DNA of 64,000 nt, taken from assembly GCA_946965045.2 (NCBI GenBank), contig OX337234.1, forward strand, positions 3,100,001 to 3,164,000. The letters are read 5' to 3'. Shown here in pieces: positions 57,529 to 64,000 of the stretch. How positions within the stretch are numbered: the stretch's first letter is position 1; every line of letters begins with the position of its first letter. The translations under genes and the position numbers were made by a program. Source of the stretch: Epithemia pelagica. Taxonomy: Eukaryota > Protista > Bacillariophyta. The notes beneath the pieces were generated by a model, which saw only the letters and a list, made by a program, of their open reading frames with translations, was not told the DNA's origin and ran no database searches.

Positions 57529-58068
57529 ATGGCCAATCAAGTACCAGATGAAGAATTGCGTGAACGATTAAAGTCGCAATGGGAGTTTATCATCTTGACA
57601 TCAGCCTTTATGGCAGCCGTGGCCGTCACCTTTTTGGTAGCCAACGAACCCGAGGACAATCAATACGACACACTCTGGGAAGTTTTTGTCACGTTGAATG
57701 CCGCCTCCTTCATTTCCTTGATTGTGGCTGTGGTCCAATGCACATGCTTCTTGACCACCCTCATGATGTGTCCACCAGGCAAGGCGCAAGAGGCCCTGTC
57801 CAAACTACGGTTCGTGGAACCCTTTCCCAGTATTTTGCTCTTTGTCAGCATCTTGGCCTTTGCATCGTCGGTTCCTATTTACATGATTTTGCAGTTTGGT
57901 CATGCCACAAGCAGCTTTATCATTCACATTATTACCGCCGTGTTGGGATTGTCGGGAATTATGTTGTTTGCGTACAATATGGGAGTACAAGCCAGTCTGC
58001 TACAAGACGATGCAGGAGCCTATCCTGGTGGTGCTCCCCGAGAGACCTTTGCAGATGATGGACAATAG
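57529..58068 (+). CDS. Small four-TM membrane protein (PGG/Orai-like topology, family unassigned)
   Basis: ATG at 57529. Four hydrophobic helices (FIILTSAFMAAVAVTFLV; VFVTLNAASFISLIVAVV; ILLFVSILAFASSVPIYMIL; FIIHIITAVLGLSGIMLF). Confidence 0.65.
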   Translation: MANQVPDEELRERLKSQWEFIILTSAFMAAVAVTFLVANEPEDNQYDTLWEVFVTLNAASFISLIVAVVQCTCFLTTLMMCPPGKAQEALSKLRFVEPFPSILLFVSILAFASSVPIYMILQFGHATSSFIIHIITAVLGLSGIMLFAYNMGVQASLLQDDAGAYPGGAPRETFADDGQ

Positions 58069-58718
58069 TTAGTACAAGGTAGTACTGTTCCTTCTCAAGA
58101 GGAAATGGAGAGTCTTTTATTAGCTTGCCCTCTCTGGAAGGTGCCTTTGAACGATTCGGAAATGAGATCCAGACTAGGTATTCTTTTGATGTATCGATCC
58201 AATAATTGGAGATAACTCCTAATTGTTGTGGTGATCCTCCCACTCATGACTTTCACCGCCCAATCGCCCATTCTCGGATTCATTTACTCGCTGCCATCAT
58301 CTCTTGAATCGCCCGACCCCTGTTTGGGGCGGTCCGAACCTGCTTTTGAAACCAGAGCGTCAATTGGTACTCCTACCTAGTACATTTCCTACGGTCTATC
58401 TCGATAGTCAATGTTTGTTACGTCTACTCCTACAGGAGTGTATTTGCAGGAAACACATAGACTCTACTAGGACATACAAGCTGAGTTCAGGGAGTATGTT
58501 CCTGACGTAGACCCCTCGTAGATTTAGTACCATAAAATATAATCCTCAATAGCGTTTGGCCTGACTAGTGAATGAAAGTGTCCGACTCGTGACAACCCAG
58601 TGTCTGAATAATAAATTTTTTATTCGTACCGTGATGTGTGACAGCTTCCGAACGCTAGAATTCCGTCGAAAATGATGAAAAAACGGTTGTTGTCTAACGA
58701 CCATGGTGAAGGGCCATC

Positions 58719-58807
58719 CCAACCGCAAACGATGTTGCCGAGCTGCATCCGGACGCTTTAGGGTTTACTTGAAACACCCCCAACGGGGCAACATCGTTTG
58801 CGGTTGG
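58719..58807. repeat. Perfect 21-bp inverted repeat with a 47-nt spacer just upstream of the transposase
   Basis: ccaaccgcaaacgatgttgcc (58719-58739) and ggcaacatcgtttgcggttgg (58787-58807). Confidence 0.92.
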
Positions 58808-58860
58808 CATCATCCTCAATGACACGATCATCGGACCCAACCGACGAAACACAGTCTCGG

Positions 58861-61800
58861 ATGGAACGAAGTTTATCTACGAAAGAGGTTCTTGACGTTT
58901 TCAAGACGCGATGCTCCCCAACCTCGTTTGGATACTGCGACAAGTGGATCCAAGACACCAACATTGTAGGATACATGAGCACTTGGTTGCCAGGACTGTC
59001 AACAACCAGACTGCATCTTGTTTTGTCTAAAGATGTTGTCCTTAAACTCTGTTTCGAAGCTGAGACGTCGGAACCAAACAAGTTTGGCTGGTACCGCCAC
59101 AAAGTCACAATCCAAAAGAAAAGATACACATTCTTTTATGTAAGCTCCGACACAACAACACGGCCAGTGATATTCGACGATCACCAAGAATGGCTGGAGG
59201 CTGCAGAAACGAACACGATTCGGCGGTCGGGACGAGCGAAGCCAACGAAGCAAAGGAACGAAGAGTCACCAGGGTTGCGTGAAGGCACGCTAAATACATC
59301 CAAGCAAGCAAGAAACACTTCAACTCCACCAGCAATCAAGAGCACTGCAACGCAGCAACATGGTCAACCGCCACAAATTGGAGACAGCCCTACCGAAATG
59401 CAAACGTCACCACCTCACGACAACACAAATCAGGTGCTTGTTGGAGCAATCCAACATCCTGAATTGGCCACAGACGAAATCGGCCATGACCATCCACAGA
59501 GTTTGCTGATTGGTTTTTCAGTTTTCAAGAGTGAGATGATCCAAGGTCTATCGCAACAAATGGAAAGCGCCTATTTTGATGAGCCAAGGAACCGTAGGCT
59601 CTTTGCCGGCAAATGCGATTCTCCAGGATCGTCAAAACGAAATCTTGAGCGATGGTTAGAAACCCTTGAAAGGGCCATTTCCAACGTGGAGGCACTTCCA
59701 AATGTGGTTAACAAGGGAGACATCTTCCCCCTCAACCAGGAACAGCAACAAAGGGTACTGCTCAAGGCAACGTATTTACAACTTTCTTATAAGATAGCGT
59801 TGCTTGATATGCCACACGGTCGTACATGGCTGAACTGCATAAGCGAAGCCATTAGCAAAATGGAACAGATTTATGGTGAAAAAGTAAAAAAACATCCCAA
59901 GACCATTGCTCGTTTTCACAGGTACTTTCGAGAAAACGACAGTTTCCCTCATCCCAACTACCACGTTCATATTGGGAAAGAGCCATCGCCCGTCTTATTC
60001 GTTCATATACCTGAAGCAAAGGTAAAGTTTGAATGCTGGGCAAAGGAAAACCTGAGCACTCTTACAACAGAGTCTGCTCTAATGTACCTGAGGACAACAT
60101 TGCTTCCGGATATGCATACCATGATCGTACAAGAGTGCATGGATACGAATGCAACGCCAGTATCGTACGAGGCCTTCTTGGCATCGATGAAGCTTTCCAC
60201 CATTTTGCAAAGCACAGCGTGGCGATGTATTGCTGCTGCAGGGTTCGTTTCAAGGAACACACGAAAACATACTTCACTGATCGACACGAAAATGCTGAGA
60301 ATGTTGCCCACAGAGCTGCTTTTGTCAAGAAGTACTTTAAGTGGGAAGAGCTGTCGTATCGGTGGGTGCAGCTCCCTACCGAGGATGCAATCAAACTTGA
60401 AAACGAAGGGAATGCGGGTAAGGAGAAGCTCTTGCCAAACAGCTTTGTATTTGAGTACACTGATGTAACAACAGGCAAGCAGATGCGGGAGTACCATGTT
60501 GATGCCTTCCCAAGCGAATTTGAACGGTACATCAAACCAGAAAACACAATTCACAATGGAAACTTGTCACACAGGTTTCCCTCCGACCGCAAACCTGTCA
60601 TCCTCATCGGCCAGGACGAATCGATCTACAAGCAGTTTTCCTTCTCGTCTAAGGCATGGTACACTAAAGATGGCGCAACTAAAATGCTGCCAAAGGATGA
60701 TGGACATGGGATGATGATCAGCGCTTTTGTAAGCCGATCATGGGGCTTCCTTATGAACGGAAACCCGTTGCTTGCTGCGAGTCTATTTCGGATTAATGAA
60801 CTCCGTCTACATGCGACACACAACAAATACGTCTCTACCGCTACCGAGGCTGCAGTGAACCTCAATGGTCACACTGCCAAGACTCCAATTACCAATGCCC
60901 AACCGTTCACTCGCTTTTTTGAATACGGAGCAGATAAAGAGGGATATTGGAATTATGAATACATGGCCTTGCAGTTGGAGGATATTGTCGATTGCCTGGT
61001 GGTCATGTTCCCCGCCCATGACTTTGTCTTTTTGTTCGACCAAAGCAGTGGTCATGGAAAACAACAATCCGATGGGTTAAATGCTCTGAACATGAATAAC
61101 GACTGGGGAGGAGCTGTTCCCAGCATGCGGGACACACAAATTATTGATCAAGCTTGCCTTGGCCCGTACAACCATGACGACAAACTACGAGTTGGTGACG
61201 TACAACACCTCGTCTATCAGGAGAACGATCGTGGTCCAGTTGCTAAAAAAGGCCATCGTCTCAATGACGCGCAGCGTGTCGCATCGAAGAATACACACCG
61301 AACTGGTAGAAAGAAAAAGCGCAACCTCACAAAGAAGGAGCTCATGGCAAAACTTGTCCGGGTCATGGGACCTGGAATGCAACGTTCATTTCAATCGAAA
61401 AATGCTGGTGAACTACAGGACCTTTGTAAACGCTCCAACATTGCAACGGTGATTGAAGATGATGTGATCGAGGAAGGCTGGATGAATGCTGCAAAAGGGC
61501 TCTTTCAAGTGTTATGGGAGCGGGGGTGGATAGACCCTAACAACATGATCAAGTACGTCAAGACAACCAGAGATGCATGGTTGGAAGCGGATAAGAAGAC
61601 TGTGAAAGAAGCCTATCAGGCGGACTACAAAAAGTACTCTATGGTTCATCTGATGAGCGAATGCTCCGATTTCAAGAACGAAAAATCTGCAATGGAGAAG
61701 CTGGCGGAAGACTTGTCTGAACGACATCGTTGCAGGATCAAGATTCTCGTATCGACCAAGTATCACTGTGAAATGGCCGGTGAGGGGATCGAGTATGGCT

Positions 61801-62132
61801 GGGGTTACTCAAAAAAAGTCTTTCGTGCTTTCTCACTGAATGAGAAGAAAGACAAAGCTGCCTTTTTACGATGTTTGACAGCGAGCCTGAAGAAAACAAC
61901 ACCCGAAATCATGCGGAAAATGTCAGCAAAGGCACGTCGCTATATGCTCGCGTACTTGTTATACGATCAAAATTCCAACAACAGAGACTATGCAGCTGCG
62001 GGCCTCTCGTATGCCGAAATTGAAAAGATGTCAAAAGCAATCAAGTGTCACCGATCCGCCTTCGACCAAGATCATGGCTTCATCTCACGTCTCTGGAGAG
62101 AAACGCAAGGATCTGGTGCAGTAGAAACCTGA
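58861..62132 (+). mobile_element. IS630/Tc1/mariner-like DDE transposase gene (~1,090 aa) split by a -1 frameshift at ~60246
   Basis: Catalytic motifs IGQDES (D, 60615), FLFDQSSGH (D, 61038) and KYHCEMAGEGIEYGWG (E, 61791). Also GYWN, VLWERGWID and an HTH-like STAWR..AAAGF/RFKEHTK.YFTDRHE that spans the two overlapping ORFs. Confidence 0.85.
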
Positions 62133-62541
62133 TCTAATCTCCATTTATCATCAAAATGCATGTAACTTTCTATTTATAACAGCAATCCATTTTATTGAAT
62201 GTATTTCTTGTCAGTTATTGGTATCAATGATCACTTCCGTGTTGCGTGCTCGTGTTGCGTGTTGGATTATCAGTTTGTAAGTACCTCGAAAATGTGAGAG
62301 AGCGAGAAAATGGACGATTTTCGGAGCAGACCTCGCGCGAAACACGCCTCCCTCTCCGAAAACGCGCACGCATCGCAAAACTGGCACGCAAATCCTTAAG
62401 TAACTCAGCCCACATACCAAAACTTCACCGTTTTTTAGTATGTGAGCTCAAGATTTTTTTTGGAATGTGAGCTGAGGGCTGAGGAGAATGCTGCGTTTCG
62501 TGTTTCTTGTGTTTCGTGTTTCGAGTTTTTGCGTTTCGACC

Positions 62542-63828
62542 ATGGGGAAACCAAGCCCTAAGAAACAGTATTCAAAAGCAGGCGCTCAAAAACGAGACAG
62601 CATGAGTGACAAAGGAAATCTTGACGCTCTTATACTTGCAATAGATGCAGCGGAAGAGCAGTCAGCCAAAGCAGCAGCGGCGCCCGAAGCAGCAGCAGCC
62701 GCAGCACCCGAAGCAGCAGCAACAGACGAAGCGACAACAACAAAGCACCATCGGTTTCTTTCGGATCAAGACTTTGCCGAAGTGAAGGATAAAAAGCTTG
62801 CAGATGTTCGGCGTGGCCATCCAGAGAAGGACCACAGCAAACAGTATTCGGAAACTCAAATGCGGCAGCTCCTCACCGATACGCGCACAGCGGACTACAA
62901 GAAAGGCGTCGTCGAGGAAGTGGAGAAACTCCCTTCTCGTTCTGGACGGGATCCAATCAGGACTTTCACCGAAGGCCTCAAGACGCTCTCCAAGATCAAA
63001 GACAGTGCTGTACTTGCCTGTGCTATAGGAGAGTATGTCTCACGGAAGATTTCGGCCACTTTTTCGGTCAAAGAAGCTCCAATTCGGAAGCCCGGTTCTG
63101 GCTTGCAAAAGGGGAAGATTGTGCCACTTTCGGGTGGAATGGGTCTCCCTGTCAAGAAGAACAGAAAACATACCTTCCCGATCGGCAAGCATGTCGGTTA
63201 CACATTTGCGAACAATCCGGTAGTCAAGATCTACCTTGGAAAAGTGCTTCTGTTTGAGGTGAAGGAGTCAAAACTCCCAGGCGCCGGGTTTGGCGTTTTT
63301 GCAGTTCGGACAATCAAAGATGGTGAAGTGATTGGCGCGTACACAGGAAACGACGTCACGTCTCGGACAGTTGTACCCAACGAGTACGCGATTCAGTTTG
63401 GACGTGACAATCGAAGGCTTCAAGCAGACAACGACGATCACTTCGGCATGGGGCTGCACTTAATCAACGACCACATACACCATCGGTACGGTACAGACAA
63501 TCCACCGGATGAATCGGATGATCAATACAACGTGAGAATCATGCCAAATCTTCTAGTCAAGGCAATCAAGCCGATCGAAAAGGGCGGCGAGCTGTCTTTG
63601 TTTTATTGTAGGAGTACTTGGTTTGTCGGGGAGTCTGTGCGTCGCCCCCCGGCCTTCGCTGTGGACTGTGGACCCGACGAGTCTTGGTCGCCGTGGGGTG
63701 ATCACCGGGAAATACTCACCCCCGCTGGGGGGTACACCGTAACCACAACAACAGATTTTTGTGCAATGAGCAAAGGAAACAATCGTAGAAATCATCATGT
63801 CGAGCGACGAGCAAGGAAACATGTCTGA
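62542..63828 (+). CDS. SET-domain protein (putative lysine methyltransferase) with a basic N-terminal region
   Basis: ATG at 62542 (MGKPSPKK). SET motifs VKESKLPGAGFGVFA, IGAYTG, GLHLINDH (variant of RFxNH) and AIKPIEKGGELSLFY. Confidence 0.8.
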   Translation: MGKPSPKKQYSKAGAQKRDSMSDKGNLDALILAIDAAEEQSAKAAAAPEAAAAAAPEAAATDEATTTKHHRFLSDQDFAEVKDKKLADVRRGHPEKDHSKQYSETQMRQLLTDTRTADYKKGVVEEVEKLPSRSGRDPIRTFTEGLKTLSKIKDSAVLACAIGEYVSRKISATFSVKEAPIRKPGSGLQKGKIVPLSGGMGLPVKKNRKHTFPIGKHVGYTFANNPVVKIYLGKVLLFEVKESKLPGAGFGVFAVRTIKDGEVIGAYTGNDVTSRTVVPNEYAIQFGRDNRRLQADNDDHFGMGLHLINDHIHHRYGTDNPPDESDDQYNVRIMPNLLVKAIKPIEKGGELSLFYCRSTWFVGESVRRPPAFAVDCGPDESWSPWGDHREILTPAGGYTVTTTTDFCAMSKGNNRRNHHVERRARKHV

Positions 63829-64000
63829 GCAAAGTGTTTGGGTCAAGGTCATCCGAAAAACGGGCGGAGACAATTATGAGGACCTCGGAGATCCGTTTCA
63901 GATAGTGCCGCGTCCGGCGAACGTGAGTCACTTGCGCGAGAAAGTCAAGGAAGAGGCGGCAAACAACCTTGCGCATGTTGACGCTAATGAACTCCTTGTG
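63821..64000 (+). CDS. Crinkler (CRN)-type N-terminal header domain gene, truncated by the window end
   Basis: Not in the supplied ORF track. Manual translation gives MSEQSVWVKVIRKTGGDNYEDLGDPFQIVPRPANVSHLREKVKEEAANNLAHVDANELLV, matching the VWV...G.PF....V..L...VK......VDA..L.V pattern of CR N-terminal ubiquitin-like domains. Confidence 0.7.
   Translation, partial: MSEQSVWVKVIRKTGGDNYEDLGDPFQIVPRPANVSHLREKVKEEAANNLAHVDANELLV

Noticed and set aside
56992-57540. 182-aa minus-strand ORF
   Set aside because: Its apparent internal repeat (CIDGCIDG) is the antisense of a short catcaatgca duplication in the next gene's 5' region; no other support.
62140-62480. Right-hand terminal inverted repeat directly after the transposase
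   Set aside because: No sequence here matched the reverse complement of the 58300-58860 region by eye, so the element ends remain undefined.
1-64000. tRNA, rRNA or snRNA genes
   Set aside because: No cloverleaf, A/B-box or rRNA-like sequence was recognised by eye; a covariance-model scan (tRNAscan-SE, Infernal) would be needed to exclude them.

Overview
Eukaryotic genomic DNA, most likely from a pennate diatom. This is inferred from short GT-AG introns, bipartite plastid-targeting presequences, a type III metacaspase and a diatom-type Ty1/copia element. 1-31.6 kb: host genes, namely a linker-histone(H15)-FKBP fusion, two pairs of orphan paralogues sharing short motifs, a Kelch protein, a sulfotransferase, ferredoxin-nitrite reductase, a plastid fatty-acid desaturase, an RluA pseudouridine synthase and a ~1,400-aa repeat-rich membrane protein. 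These are interleaved with inverted, decayed partial duplicates of the desaturase, sulfotransferase and nitrite reductase. 31.8-38 kb: accessory island with two Crinkler-like NTPase+nuclease genes flanking a 27-Cys metallothionein-like ORF. 39.6-45 kb: type III metacaspase and a secreted Pro/Ser mucin-like protein. 45.8-56.3 kb: a full-length, very young copia retrotransposon inserted into a PfkB sugar-kinase gene. It has identical-looking 769-bp LTRs with non-TG..CA ends, a half-tRNA-type PBS, and a ~1,080-aa membrane-spanning insert between Gag and protease. 58.7-64 kb: a frameshifted IS630/Tc1/mariner-like transposase with DD250E spacing, followed co-directionally by a SET-domain gene and an overlapping Crinkler N-terminal-domain gene. 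This trio is a candidate cargo-carrying transposon that runs off the window end. All alignments were done by eye and no database searches were run.
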